Shown here piece by piece: positions 51,039 through 62,720 of a stretch of DNA of 64,000 bases. The DNA lies in NCBI GenBank assembly GCA_951406725.2, contig OX597814.1:152520001-152584000 (forward strand), given 5' to 3'. Position 1 is the first letter of the stretch; every line of letters starts with the position of its first letter. Under the pieces are notes generated by a model that did no database searches, was not told where the DNA came from, and saw only the letters and a list, made by a program, of their open reading frames with translations. The translations under genes and the position numbers were made by a program. This DNA is from Octopus vulgaris (lineage: Eukaryota).

Positions 51039-51178
51039 GTTGCTCACTAGATTGAGAGAGGCAGCTATTGGTCATAGCCCAACCAAAATGATGACTAGGG
51101 GAATTAGATTTACTGCATGGCAACTGATCATCTGAATAAGAATTTCCTAAAATATATCCAACTCTTGTAGCCTCCAGA
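51039..51178 (-). CDS. DEPDC5: DEPDC5 exon LEATRVGYILGNSYSDDQLPCSKSNSPSHHFGWAMTNSCLSQSSEQ
   Basis: GTAAGT donor; the AAG acceptor (first AG after a poly-T tract) is needed for phase 2-1. Confidence 0.75.
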
Positions 51179-51745
51179 CTTGATGGTGAATTTTATGAAA
51201 AAAAAAAAGAAAAAACTAGTTTAGTAGTTAACTTACAAAATTGCAATTTCCTGCTTGGAAAAAATTATATGTAGGTAGAAAATCAATTATAATGGAAAGA
51301 AGTTTACTTTCTATCTCATTCCAACTTACAGCTATGGAAAATGAGTTTAATATTGCTTCCCCTTAAAGAATCTCAAAAGTTTGTGCTATGAATCTCTGAG
51401 AAAAGACATAATTTTGTTCTTGATGGATAACTAACATGATGAAATCTTAGAGTTCAAGGTAGAGAAAGCATCAACATTTTGTTGTGCTTAATCAATGAGC
51501 TAAATAAATAACATTAAATGAAATAAAAATAATACCAACATCATTTATGTTTTAATGCATATTTTCCCAGCCCAGTGAGGATTAAGATAAATGGATAGAT
51601 AAAATGTTAAGTAGAGAAATAAGCTACATTGATGCATAAAATAGAAGAACAGCTGAATGAATGTGTAGATAACAGAATGACAAGAAAAGAAAAAAATATC
51701 TTATGTCTGAAGTGAAATACAGAAATAAAACTGGTCGAATCTCAC

Positions 51746-51795
51746 CTGATATTATCTGCTCTTTGACGATGAATAATTTTCTTATCATTGCTGCT
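51746..51795 (-). CDS. DEPDC5: DEPDC5 small exon SSNDKKIIHRQRADNI
   Basis: Pyrimidine tract plus CAG, CAG/GTGAG donor, 50 nt, phase 0-2. Confidence 0.8.
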
Positions 51796-52317
51796 CTGAA
51801 GAGAAAAGAAATAAATGACTATTTAGAAGAATTCCTTGTAAACAAGAAATATTAGGTTCAATTTGTAAAAGCTGAATTAAAGAAAAAAAACTGCTTGGTA
51901 ACAAAATTATGTTAGGAATTTGTGAAAAAGAATTCATTGCATGATGTTTATTGATGTAATTATGTAATTATTTTTATAGATTTTTAAGCTTATTTTTTGT
52001 ATGAGTAGTAAGAAGCTAAGCACTAAAGAAACAATTAGTTTTTCTGTATCTATCTCTCAGACAGACAGAGAGAGAGAGAGAGAAAAAGAGAGAGAGAGAA
52101 AGAGAGTGTGTGTGTAAAAGCATGTATGTATGTACTCTTCCTATCTGGGATTTTACAGTTTACTTTGATTGGCTGCCAGCCTGATGGCAAAGTTGTAAAT
52201 AAAAGGGTCTTATTCTGTCAGTAATCCTTCAAAGACCCATTCGTCCTCTAAATCATAAGGTCTTGTAGATTTTTATTGTTTCAGATATTATCTTCCGTAG
52301 TATAATCATTAAAGAGT

Positions 52318-52610
52318 GAAGGCACATGGCTTAGTGGTTAGGGCATTCAGCTCACAATCATAAGGTTATGAGTTCAATTCCCGGCGGCGCGTTGTGTCCT
52401 TGAGCAAGACACTTTATTTCACATTGCTCCAGTCCACTCAGCTGGCAAAGATGAGAAGTACCTGTATTTCAAAGGGCCAGCCTTGTCACACTGTGTCACG
52501 CTGAATCTCCTAGAGAACTATGTTAACGGTACACATATCTGTTAATTTCATGAGCAAGCTGTTCCATTGACCGTATCAGCTGGGACCCTTGTCATAGTAA
52601 CCGATGGAGC
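52318..52610 (+). mobile_element. SINE family C variant with a different 3' half
   Basis: Same head and core as 4380 and 19590, divergent tail. Confidence 0.78.
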
Positions 52611-52683
52611 TCTCCCACCCTGCCCTTATTAATTACAGAGTTGCATTCTTTTCCAAACAATCCAAGTTTAGCTTCTCTTTTAC

Positions 52684-52704
52684 CGAGATGAGTAGATACA
52701 TTTC
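52684..52704 (-). CDS. DEPDC5: Candidate 21-nt frame-preserving microexon (EMYLLIS)
   Basis: TTACTAAT branch-like site, T-rich tract, CAG/G acceptor, TCG/GTAAAA donor; phase 0-0 matches the host intron. Confidence 0.5.
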
Positions 52705-52834
52705 CTGTCAAAACAATAATAATTAGTAAAAGTTGAAAATGTATTTTCATTACTAGATTTGTAAACTACTCATCAACGGCTCATAGATATCTTTCTTCTG
52801 CATTTTTCTTACCACTTTAATATCAAATGAGCAA

Positions 52835-53299
52835 TCAAATCAAAATCGATGAACATCAATGGAATTTGTAGTTTTGTGGCACTTAAGAAAACCATCCGAA
52901 CGTGGCCATAGCCAGTACCGCATCGACTGGCCTCCGTGCTGGTGGCACGTAACAAACACCATCCGATCGTGGCCGTGCCAGCCTCACCTGGCCTCCGTGC
53001 CGGTGGCACATAAAAAACACCATCCGGGCGTGGCCGTTTGCCAGCCTCGTCTGGCACCTGTGTCCGTGGCACATAAAAAAAAAAACACCATCCGAGCGTG
53101 GCCGTTCGCCAGCCTCATCTGGCACCTGTGTCGGTGGCACATAAAAAGCACCCACTACACTCACGGAGTGGTTGGCGTTAGGAAGGGCATCCAGCTGTAG
53201 AAACACTGCCAGATCTGACTGGCCTGGTGCAGCCTTCGGGCTTCCCAGACCCCAGTTGAACCGTCCAACCCATGCTAGCATGGAAAGTGGACGTTAAAC

Positions 53300-53333
<34 letters not shown>
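52835..53333 (+). mobile_element. RTE LINE 3' UTR with four units of about 60 bp and a long (GAT)n tail
   Basis: Matches the 3' ends of the long RTE copies. Confidence 0.88.
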
Positions 53334-53334
<1 letters not shown>

Positions 53335-53567
53335 GCAACTAACTGCCACAATGGAGTATATTTTCATTCTATGGTATTGCACAACAATATAAGGACACGT
53401 GTATTTTAATTCTGTTGCTGTTTTTATTTTTAGATTCCACCAGTATTCTTTCACTCCATCAGACTAAATGTATTCAGTGTTCAGTTGCTTCGATGTTTCA
53501 TAAGAAGGTGAGAGAGAAATGACGACAGTTCATTATACATGGAAAGATAGAATTAATATATTCCTAC

Positions 53568-53683
53568 TTGTGATAACGATGAAGATGTCTCTCCTCGCAA
53601 AGCATCTGAAGATTCAGATTCCTCAGTAGAATTATGCAAATGCTGAGATGTATGATGTGTTTGCACAGCAGCTCCACTTGGAT
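53568..53683 (-). CDS. DEPDC5: DEPDC5 exon PSGAAVQTHHTSQHLHNSTEESESSDALRGETSSSLSQ
   Basis: Continues the PSG.A.Q.HH motif; CAG/GTAGGA, 116 nt, phase 1-0. Confidence 0.9.
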
Positions 53684-53984
53684 CTGTAAGAGATGGATTT
53701 AAGTAGGTGTAGATTATAACAGCAGGTACCGAAAAGTAGTGTCAAATTTTCAAGCAAATAGCCAGATGTCATACCACAAGAGAATCTGCACCAAAGTATT
53801 GGGGATTTAGCCCAGAGGTTTAATAAACCTTGGTCTATGGTGCAAGATCATCTCAAGCAAATACCATTCAATCTGGTAGTGTCAACAGAGTTAAAAACAT
53901 ACATACACTTATATATATATATATATATATATATCATTAATAATATCAGGGTAATAAAAAAATTTAGAAATTTTTACTACCAGT

Positions 53985-54420
53985 TGTTTGGGTAGTATTG
54001 TTGTTTGGGACAGAGGGGCAAAGGCATGTACCATCATAGAGATTAGCAGCCCTGCAGATATAAATATCTCTTTGAAAATCAAAGAAAAAGAGGATATCTA
54101 TGGACAACTGCTTTGAAACCTCCAACTTTTATATCCAGACAATGAATTCATATTCATGCCAATAAGAATTGGAACACTAGGTTTTGTTAGTAAATGCTTA
54201 AAGGAGAATCTAGATAAACTGGGATTTTCAGAAAGAGAAACTGACCAGCTGCTTCGTACATTACAAGTCCAATCTGTGAGTGGAACAGTAAAAATATGCA
54301 AGACTTTTCTCAAGTTCCAAATGTGAATTTGTCTGTATTAACTACATCCCAAAGATGAAGCCTTGTATCTTTGTTGGAAACCGGCTCCTCACTCGGTGGA
54401 AGATTTATAATAATTAAAAA
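53985..54420 (+). mobile_element. RLE-type (R4/Dong-like) retrotransposon 3' fragment
   Basis: IIEISSPAD.N......EKEDIYG.L...LQLLYP....IFMPI.IG.LG...GTVKICKTFLKF. Confidence 0.72.
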
Positions 54421-54497
54421 ATAGAAGAGACATAGTCACTGTAACTATATGAAATAGCCGTAATGAATTGATACTTGTACATCTTTGTTACTCATTC

Positions 54498-54528
<31 letters not shown>

Positions 54529-54593
54529 CATATGCATTGCACCTCAGAGCTATTGATATGCTGAACCAAACAATCCAAGAAAGACCATTTTAC

Positions 54594-54806
54594 CTGTTGG
54601 AAAGGCATGAACCCATCGCCGACGATTTGAGGTCATTTTGAAGCGCATTCTTGATGGAGCAAACGGATTGATTAGAGCTTTCCGTGGTCTGTGGTGGTAA
54701 TTTCTAGAATGGCCAACTGGAGAACCAGCACTACCAACAATTGGACGAGTAATTGTGCAGTCATCACTGTCAGCCAACCCAACAAAATCATGAGCGTTTG
54801 AACGAT
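54594..54806 (-). CDS. DEPDC5: DEPDC5 exon containing [27 protein letters not shown]
   Basis: Signature DEPDC5/Iml1 motif ALINPF.PS......TSNRRRW.H.FP; 213 nt, phase 1-1, TAG/GTAAAA. Confidence 0.97.
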
Positions 54807-55094
54807 CTAGAGGAAAAGGGAAAAACAAAAGAAAAATATAAAGTATATTGCGTAATTTTACTGTAAGATAACTTTATAAAGCACTTTATGGGCTAGTCCT
54901 TAAGAAAGATATTACACTTCATTTGAAATTATGTATTTTTAGTTTGAACCCAGACTGGGACTATGTACACATTCAGGAAAAAGGCATCAAATAAGAATCA
55001 AACATTAAACCAAACAAACACAGTGCAGGTGAAAACTTTTTTTAATTATTTACCTCCTAAGGTAAATCATTCAAACAATTATAATCTTTTTTTT

Positions 55095-55310
55095 TTTTGT
55101 TACTATAAGCACAACACCCAAAGTTTTGGAGAAGGCTAGTCAATTATATCAACCCCAGTATTCAACTGGTACCCATTTTATTGACCCCGCCCCCCAAAAA
55201 AAGATGAAAAGCAAAGTCAGCCTCAGTAGAATTTGAACTCAGAACATAAAGAGTTGGATGAAATGCCACTAAACATTGCATCCAGCATGCTAACAATTCT
55301 GCCAGTTTGC
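55095..55310 (-). mobile_element. SINE family B
   Basis: Similarity to the other copies. Confidence 0.75.
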
Positions 55311-55487
55311 TGACATGACAGTAATAATCTTATTAATAGTAACTTACCACTAATTAAACTCAGACATTCAGTCGTTTATTTTAAGTTATGGAGTTGTTTG
55401 TAGTTGTCTGTCATCTTGCAGCTGACAAACAAAAATTTAACTAACTATACAGTGTATTGTAATAAATGATATTCTAGTTACTCTTAC

Positions 55488-55711
55488 CAGTAAGTGGGTA
55501 GCTGACAATGGGAGACCCTAATTCTGTGGAATTTTGAAGAGGGATGGATATAGCAGGAGATGTAGCAGTACTTTTGGGTGTATTCTCTGTGAAAAGACCA
55601 GAGAAGTCATCGGAAATATATCGAGTACGTGGCTTTCGGTTCTTTTTCACTTCAGCGACTGTGGTGGGACGTTTCCGTAATGAGCTGAAATGGCCACTGC
55701 CTTTACTAGTT
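55488..55711 (-). CDS. DEPDC5: DEPDC5 exon TSKGSGHFSSLRKRPTT...SPIVSYPLT (low-complexity linker)
   Basis: TAG acceptor, GTAAGA donor, 224 nt, phase 2-1, open frame. Confidence 0.88.
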
Positions 55712-55901
55712 CTAAAATATATAATGAAAATCAAAATTAAAAGGCACACATCTTTGTAATAAACTGTACAATTACCATTTGGTCATATTATCCCACAATA
55801 GATAAAATTAATTAGCTTAAAATTTTTTTAAATTAAATTTGCAATGAAAATATTTTAAAAAAAAGAAAAAATAATTCTATTGATTTTATGGACACATTTA
55901 A

Positions 55902-56110
55902 CCCTTTAGCATTTAAACTGACCATATCCAACCCAAATATTTTACCTGCTTTATATTCAAACCAGCCAGATATTGTGTCACACCTACTCTACAATGTCAT
56001 TCTAAAACTAAATCCCATCATTGAAATCTCAAAGCTATGAGATAATGCATGATTAAATCAAACCAATTTGAATAAATATTATGTTTGATAGAGTCATCGG
56101 AATGCTAAAG
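55902..56110 (-). mobile_element. piggyBac-type MITE (family 1)
   Basis: TTAA-CCCTTTAGCATT...AATGCTAAAG. Confidence 0.8.
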
Positions 56111-56134
56111 TCTTTTATTTTTTTTTCTTTTGCT

Positions 56135-56697
56135 TTGGGTTGTCCGGAAAGTTCATGCCGATTTATAGTAGCTTATCTTTCGATTTATTTTAGAACATGG
56201 TTGAGTCCATAAAATAGGATTTTACTACACCTCCATTTAGAGCACAGTTTAAGCTATCTTTTCATGGAAGAAGGTTTATGTTCCTATAACCTGTGTTAAT
56301 TCTGTAACCCTTTAAAATGGAAGATAAGAAAGTTCATTTTCGGTGCTTGATCATTTGGAAACCAGACAAAAATTATTGCAGCTCGGCTGGGATGTGTTAC
56401 CCCGCCCTCCATATTCACCAGATATTGCTCCTTCAGATTTTCACTTATTCAGGTCTCTGCAGAATAATCTTAATGACAAAAATTTCAATTCCTTGGATGA
56501 TGTAAAAAGATACCTTGAATTCTTTACCATGAAACCACCTCAATTCTGGGAAGAGGGTATTTTCAAGTTAAAGGAAAGATGGAGACGCATTGTGCAACAA
56601 AATGGTTCATATTTGGTTGATTAAAAATGTAAAGGCAAGTATTTATTGACCGTTTTGTTTCCTTTAAAAATCGGCTCAAACTTTCTGGACAACCCAA
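56135..56697 (+). mobile_element. Internally deleted (563 bp) derivative of the mariner at 36763-38047
   Basis: Same TIRs and UTRs; MEDKKVHFR joined almost directly to RQKLLQLGWDVLPRPPYSPDIAPSDFHLF. Confidence 0.93.
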
Positions 56698-56881
56698 TAT
56701 AAGTATTATGTTTGATAAAATAATCTGAATGCTAAAGTGTTAAATATATACAATTTTTTTCAGAGAAACATTCAAAATTATTATAATGGAAAGATTTATA
56801 ATTATTATAATGATTCTGTTGTTTAACTTTTTGAATATTAAAACAAAAATAAAAACTACAAAAAAAGAATTATTTGTTGAC

Positions 56882-56984
56882 CTTGGAACTCCTCTGGAAG
56901 GAAATTTGAAGACTTGGGTATCATAACCATCATAATCAATAAAAGTGAAATCATTATCAGAATAATAGGACGAGGAATACACAT
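56882..56984 (-). CDS. DEPDC5: DEPDC5 exon VYSSSYYSDNDFTFIDYDGYDTQVFKFPSRGVP
   Basis: Conserved YD.YD.QVF motif; CAG acceptor; weaker AG/GTCAAC donor gives the required phase 1-2. Confidence 0.85.
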
Positions 56985-57059
56985 CTGTAAAAGACACAGA
57001 ATAGACTTCATTTGATAAACTGTTTAAAGAAATAACCATTTGAAATTAAAAGAATTTTT

Positions 57060-57455
57060 GCTTTTAAAGCTTGCTTTGCAACATGGTTTCAGGTTTGGCT
57101 TCACTGAATAACACTTTGGGCAAGTGTCTTCTGCTATAGATCCAGACTGACCAATGCCTTGTGAGAAATTTGGTAAATGGAAATTGTGTGGAAGCCTATC
57201 ATGTATATGCATATATACATATATATGTGAGGGGTGGTATCCTCCACTCCATCCACTACAACCACAACCACTTGAAAACCAGTGTTGCTTTGTTGATGTG
57301 TCTATAACTTAGCAGTTCAGCAAACAAGACTGATAGAATAAGTACCAGGTTTAAAAATAAATAGCAAACTCAATTTGTTTGGCTAAACCATTGAGGGTGG
57401 TGGCCCAGAAGGGCTGCACTCTTATGACTGAAACAAGCGACAGATACATCAAAAG
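57060..57455 (+). mobile_element. SINE family A, diverged
   Basis: Core GGGCAAGTGTCTTCTGCTATAG and tail ATGACTGAAACAAG. Confidence 0.72.
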
Positions 57456-57973
57456 AATAGTCGTGATTTCTTAAAAAAAAAACCAAAAAACAGAAAATCA
57501 AAAAAAATTTTAATTTGTTGAGCTGCTGTTCAGTCCCAAATCAGTCCTGATTCTAAGGCTTGAATACCTTTCACTTATCATCAGAGACATTCCAATCATA
57601 ACCGCCTCATCAAATATATTCTTCATTTTCATTTTTAAATCATAGGGTAAGATTTGAGGATAGTTTGGGTGCAATGACTTGCAGGTCAAGTGAACACAAA
57701 GAGGATCACATAACTAAAGAACAATCAACCATTCTTCTGAAGGTTCCTGTAGTCAGTGAAAATATAGTAATTAACAGATAAAAGAAGTTGACATTGATTA
57801 ATAATAAAGCATTTTGCTCTGCATGTAAAAGATTTGTGAAATTTGAAATCAGAATATAAAATGTCAGAAGAAATACTGCAAAACACTATGCCTGAGGCTC
57901 TAACATTTCTGACAGCTTGCTACTATAAAAATAACAATATTATGAAAATTCAGTAATAGAACAAAATATTTAC

Positions 57974-58004
57974 CTTCTTTGGATTTCATCTTAATATCCT
58001 CAAG
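57974..58004 (-). CDS. DEPDC5: DEPDC5 small exon LEDIKMKSKE
   Basis: TAG acceptor, GTAAAT donor, 31 nt, phase 0-1; needed to keep frame between its neighbours. Confidence 0.8.
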
Positions 58005-58220
58005 CTATAAAATTCAAGAAAAAAAAATTTCATAAGCTTACATAAAACAATTAAATATTCATGATATATGAAACTGATTTTAAAACTAAGGCTACAGTAT
58101 AACTTACAAATTAAAATTTTATTCTACTAACAAGTAAAATGGTGACTTTTACTGCTTTTGTTTTTGTTTTTAGGGGTTTTTTTTGTAAAAATCTCATTAA
58201 TTACAAAGTAGTATATCTTG

Positions 58221-58442
58221 TTAACCCATTAACATTTAAATCAGCCAGATCCAGCCAAAATATTCAACCATTTGTTTGCTGAAATCAGCAAGATCCAGCC
58301 TTTCATACTTAGGCTACAATGTCATTCTAAAAATAAACAACCCCACCATTGAAATCTTGAAGGTACAAGACAATGCATGATTAATTCAAAACAATGTGAA
58401 TAAATAAACATTACATTTGACAGAGTAATCTGAATGCTAAAA
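58221..58442 (-). mobile_element. piggyBac-type MITE (family 1)
   Basis: TTAA-CCCATTAACATT...AATGCTAAAAG. Confidence 0.78.
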
Positions 58443-58454
58443 GTTCATCACAAA

Positions 58455-58892
58455 GTCCAGTCCTTAATGTGATGTGGTGATAGAGTGGCTTGTGTGTCTC
58501 AGTGACCCCCAAAAACAGTGCCAGCAGAGCACAAACTGCTGGTTGGGTCTCCCATGCTGGACAGGTCAAAAGATAGATGCCAGACTAATATGGACTACCT
58601 CTTCCTAGAGGTAAAAATGGATTTGCAAAGGACCAACAACCCTACTTAGATGTAAATAGTTATAAAGCATTGATGATAATTCAAAACCAACAGGACCTGG
58701 AAGAGGAAGGCCTTCCCATAGGGAAACATATGCCTGAAGTACAAATGAGTATAGAACCCACAAGAGAGACAGAAGAGATGCTGAAGAAGCAGGTATCCAA
58801 CTGGGGAGAAGCAGAAAACATCCAAAAGTTAAGAACAGTGGAGAGAAGTCAATGGTTTATGCTCTGTAGGGAGCAAAGGGTTCAAGTAAGTA
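58455..58892 (+). mobile_element. Short non-autonomous RTE-derived element (5' UTR fused to 3' end)
   Basis: Related copy at about 62890-63250; RTE-like R.RGRP remnant and AAGTAAGT tail. Confidence 0.5.
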
Positions 58893-61344
58893 ATATCTTG
58901 CTAAAACAGGAACAAAACCTAAAGTCAAATAATTCAAATATTTTTATGCTCCATATGTGAAAATGTTGCCAGTCAAAAATATACATGAAATAAAAAAAAA
59001 ACTAACCTTCCCACCATGACAAATTTATAAAAGTAGCTAAGATATTAGAAATCTGACATAGCAAATCTACATTGAGTGTTAGTATCAGTAAAGAAATACA
59101 ATTAGATTGTTATAATACAAGTGAGGTCAATAAAAAGTTTATTCAAAACAGATACAGATAGCACAGTGGAGGGAGTACTTTATATCCAGGCTGTTGTGTT
59201 GCACCCTATATGATTAACCACTTCATGTTGGCATGTGCAATGTATTCCTTTGTTAAATGGAAGCACAAAAAATTTGGAACAATAAATATGTGGGTTGTAT
59301 CTATTCATTCAACCAACATCCTGTGTGCCAAGAGTCTGCTCTATCAGAGTTCACTTGGAGCTACACCACAACTTATACAAAACAACACTCAATAAGCCAA
59401 CTTTTTTCTAAGTCATAAAGATGCTATGTATCTGAGTTAGAGTGAAGGTATTACACTATCACAATCCATAATAATAACAGCAAATTTCTGTCTGTCCATC
59501 TGGGACCCCTGTATCTCAGTCTACACTTGCTCTACATAGACATATACCTTTTTGGAATCAGGATGATCCCAGGATTGAAAATCTGACCTTCATTCCATTC
59601 TTAAACATCCAGCATTGGGATCTAATTTAAAAGCATTTCAGTTGCTATTTCTAGCAGGTAAAGCTTGGCCGATTCACGCCATTTTGGTTGCCGTTTGTCA
59701 GATGAAGCCAGAGCTCAAGAGGGAGATAAATGACATTCACTTTGTTAATTTTACATCAAGATAAGAACTTTGGGGGATTCAAATTGGGACTGGAACAATA
59801 GAAAGATTGCATTACAGAATTAATTCTCATTTGCAGGAGCCTGCTTAAAAGTCTACACGGAGTGCGGCTTTCAAGCTATTTATATATAATTTGCACAGAA
59901 TATGTTTGCCTTCTCTAGTTTCAGTATTTGTATCATTATTACTTTCAATCTCTTCAGATGCCTATTGGCTTCAATGTGTAACATCAATCATCTGTTTAAC
60001 AACTGAAGGCAGTAAAATTGGCAGCCTCACTTCCTCAAGACAGGCAGCTTTGTTTTTTCTGTTGATATTTCCATGACAAGAAATGTTTTTATGTGGTAAG
60101 GCTACTAACCTTGTGCCAAATCCTTAGTCTAAAAAACTAACATCGTGTTTAGCAACCTCTTACTGTATCCTACCTAGTAAATGCTATTCTTCAGAGTCCT
60201 CCACCTACATAGAGACAACCTCTAACATTTGTATATGATTAGGAAAAACAGTAGAAAAATACCATATTTGATGGCATATAAGACACGCGTTTTTGCCAAA
60301 ATATTGTCACAGGGACTCACCCCAGGTCCTATGTGCAAATTTAGGTCTCCCATACTCATTACTATCAGTTGATTTTAATACAGACAGTTTCTTTTATCTA
60401 GCCTCACCCTATAATATGTTCAGCTGTACTGCTAACTTACTTTTTACATACAGTAATGTATGCTGCAATAATGAAAGTACTTTGGTAATATTTTATAACA
60501 AAATGCTAGATCACTTTTCCAGAATATGCAATGTCACAATTGCGGTGTGCATCATATGCCTCTGTGTCTTTTATGCTATCAAATATAGTATCTGCTAAAA
60601 AAAAAAATGCAATGTGAGTAAAAAATAAAAATTGCAAATATAATTCCAAAATACCCATATTTTCCACATCAGATCAAAGCAAACAATCAAGGAAACCTGT
60701 TAGTATACCAAGCAGCTATTGTGAGAGGAAGTGATTTGGTTAGAGTGAATAGATAAGCTTTATTAGTAAGTATAAGGAAAACCTGGTGAATAAGAGGAGT
60801 TAATATAACTTGTTAAAGAAAAAGATGTGAAGTGGTATTTTAATTGCCATATTAGCCACAAGACAACTTACCACTGATGCACAATTACCCCCATGTGGTA
60901 AGTGGCCAGGCTGGAATGATGAAAAAATTCGGTAGAAATTAAGTGTCAATGGATAAATATAACAAAAAGAAAACCTCTGTAGAAAATCTTGCCATGTTTT
61001 ACATCATTAAACAGCTGAGGAGAAGGATTTGTAAGAGAAAAATTACTGCCAATGATAATTTGAACTGACATAGCTAGAGATGAATGTTTAGCTTTACCAT
61101 ACTTTTCCAGTATGACAATTAATAAATATGTTTGTTTTGCAAGACTCTTGGATGTGAAATCATGTGCTGAAACAGATATTGTTATATTTGGGGATGGTCA
61201 TCTTTTGCCAGGTCTTGTCCTGTCTGCATACCACACAAAGACAAAATGGAATAGACAGGACAAGATCAAAGAGAAGAAACACAAGGGACAGAAAGTCACA
61301 GAATGTGTGATGAAAGAACATTGACAAATAAACTAATAATAATA

Positions 61345-61543
61345 ATTTCATACTTTGCCACAAGGGCAGCAGCTTTCTGGAGGAGGGGATGAGTCAATTA
61401 CATTGACCCCAGTGTTCAACTGATACTTATTGTATTGACCCTCAAAAGGATGAAAGGCAGAATTTAAACTCAGGACATAGCAATGGGTGAAATACTGCTA
61501 TGCATTTCATCCAGCGCGCTAACAATTCTGCCAGATCACCGCC
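61345..61543 (-). mobile_element. SINE family B next to a (TTA)n/(TAA)n inverted microsatellite
   Basis: Similarity to the other copies. Confidence 0.8.
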
Positions 61544-61590
61544 TTATTATTATTATTATTATTATAATAATAATAATAATAATAATAGTA

Positions 61591-61639
<49 letters not shown>

Positions 61640-62647
61640 TAATAATAATAATAAAAGTGAAGATAAAACAGTGTGCGTGTTTAATTGGCAAAAAATGACC
61701 ATCTCAAAATATAATAATACAATTAAAAAATTCTCCATTAAAAGAAATAACATTTTCCATAGGTAACTAAATGATAATTTGAATATTTTCTGCAGCTTAT
61801 CAAATTAATTTACTGCATTTTTTCTTGGTTTATGTCACATTTTTTGTTTATCATTTTGATAGCTTCCTGGCCTTCCTACTTCTGGAACACAATAAAATTT
61901 TTGTTACATGATCTGTATTATAGTTTCCTCTTGTATCTCAAGATCATCGACACTGCCTTTATTTCTGTCTCTTCTTCTTTGATTACATCATTCATTTCCT
62001 ATGTTTCTAACTTCGTGATCAACTCCACACACCAGATATCTATCCCCTTTCACTCCACCAGACTCACCATCATACATACACATATACCAAGTCCAGGCAT
62101 GTCTAATCAACAAGGTCACCGATCCAATAGTATCCCTTCCAAATAATCCTTCTCAATGAACCCTAGAGCTAGCCCCATATTAACTTAACTCTTCGATCTC
62201 TCTTTCTCTCTCTCATACAAGAACACAGTTTTGTTATTAACACAATAATAATTATTCTTATTGATGAGAAAATCTAAATGGTTGTTTTCTTTTTAATTTT
62301 ATATGTCCATATTCTTAATGAAAAACACTGCCTGGGCTTCTCAATTAATTTTGAAATTATCAAGAAATTGGACATATTTAATAAAATAAGTTTGTCATTA
62401 CATAATACAAGATTCTTACATAAAATAACACTGTAATGTAAATTAAAGCAAATGGCTTTGTATCAAGGAAACAGGCAATTTCAGGTGAGTTCTTATAAGA
62501 TGAGTTAAACTGATTCCTACTTCAACTAATTGTCATACTTGATTTCAAGTAACTGTTCTTTGGCTTTTATCTTCATGCTTTATTGAATATATAACAATAT
62601 GCAAACAGTATCAAAATCAAAATTTAAAAAAGTAATTACATCCTTAC

Positions 62648-62720
62648 AATTTTTGGAGGTTTGATTCGTGGAATGAAGGTCGATTCAGTGCCAAGAAGAG
62701 GAGACTTGAAAGTATAGAAA
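62648..62720 (-). CDS. DEPDC5: DEPDC5 exon, first in window (end of SABA region): FYTFKSPLLGTESTFIPRIKPPKI
   Basis: CAG acceptor, GTAAGG donor, 73 nt, phase 2-0; resembles vertebrate [20 protein letters not shown] (from memory). Confidence 0.9.

Noticed and set aside
52885-53152. Repeat-spacer appearance suggestive of a CRISPR array
   Set aside because: Units are whole tandem copies within an RTE 3' UTR, with no unique spacers or cas genes, in eukaryotic intron context
59915-59960. Minus-strand CTGAAGA...GAAAC hammerhead-like motif
   Set aside because: Stems II and III and the NUH triplet cannot be formed convincingly
61483-61766. Poly-N, poly-I and poly-L ORFs
   Set aside because: Translations of a (TTA)n/(TAA)n microsatellite
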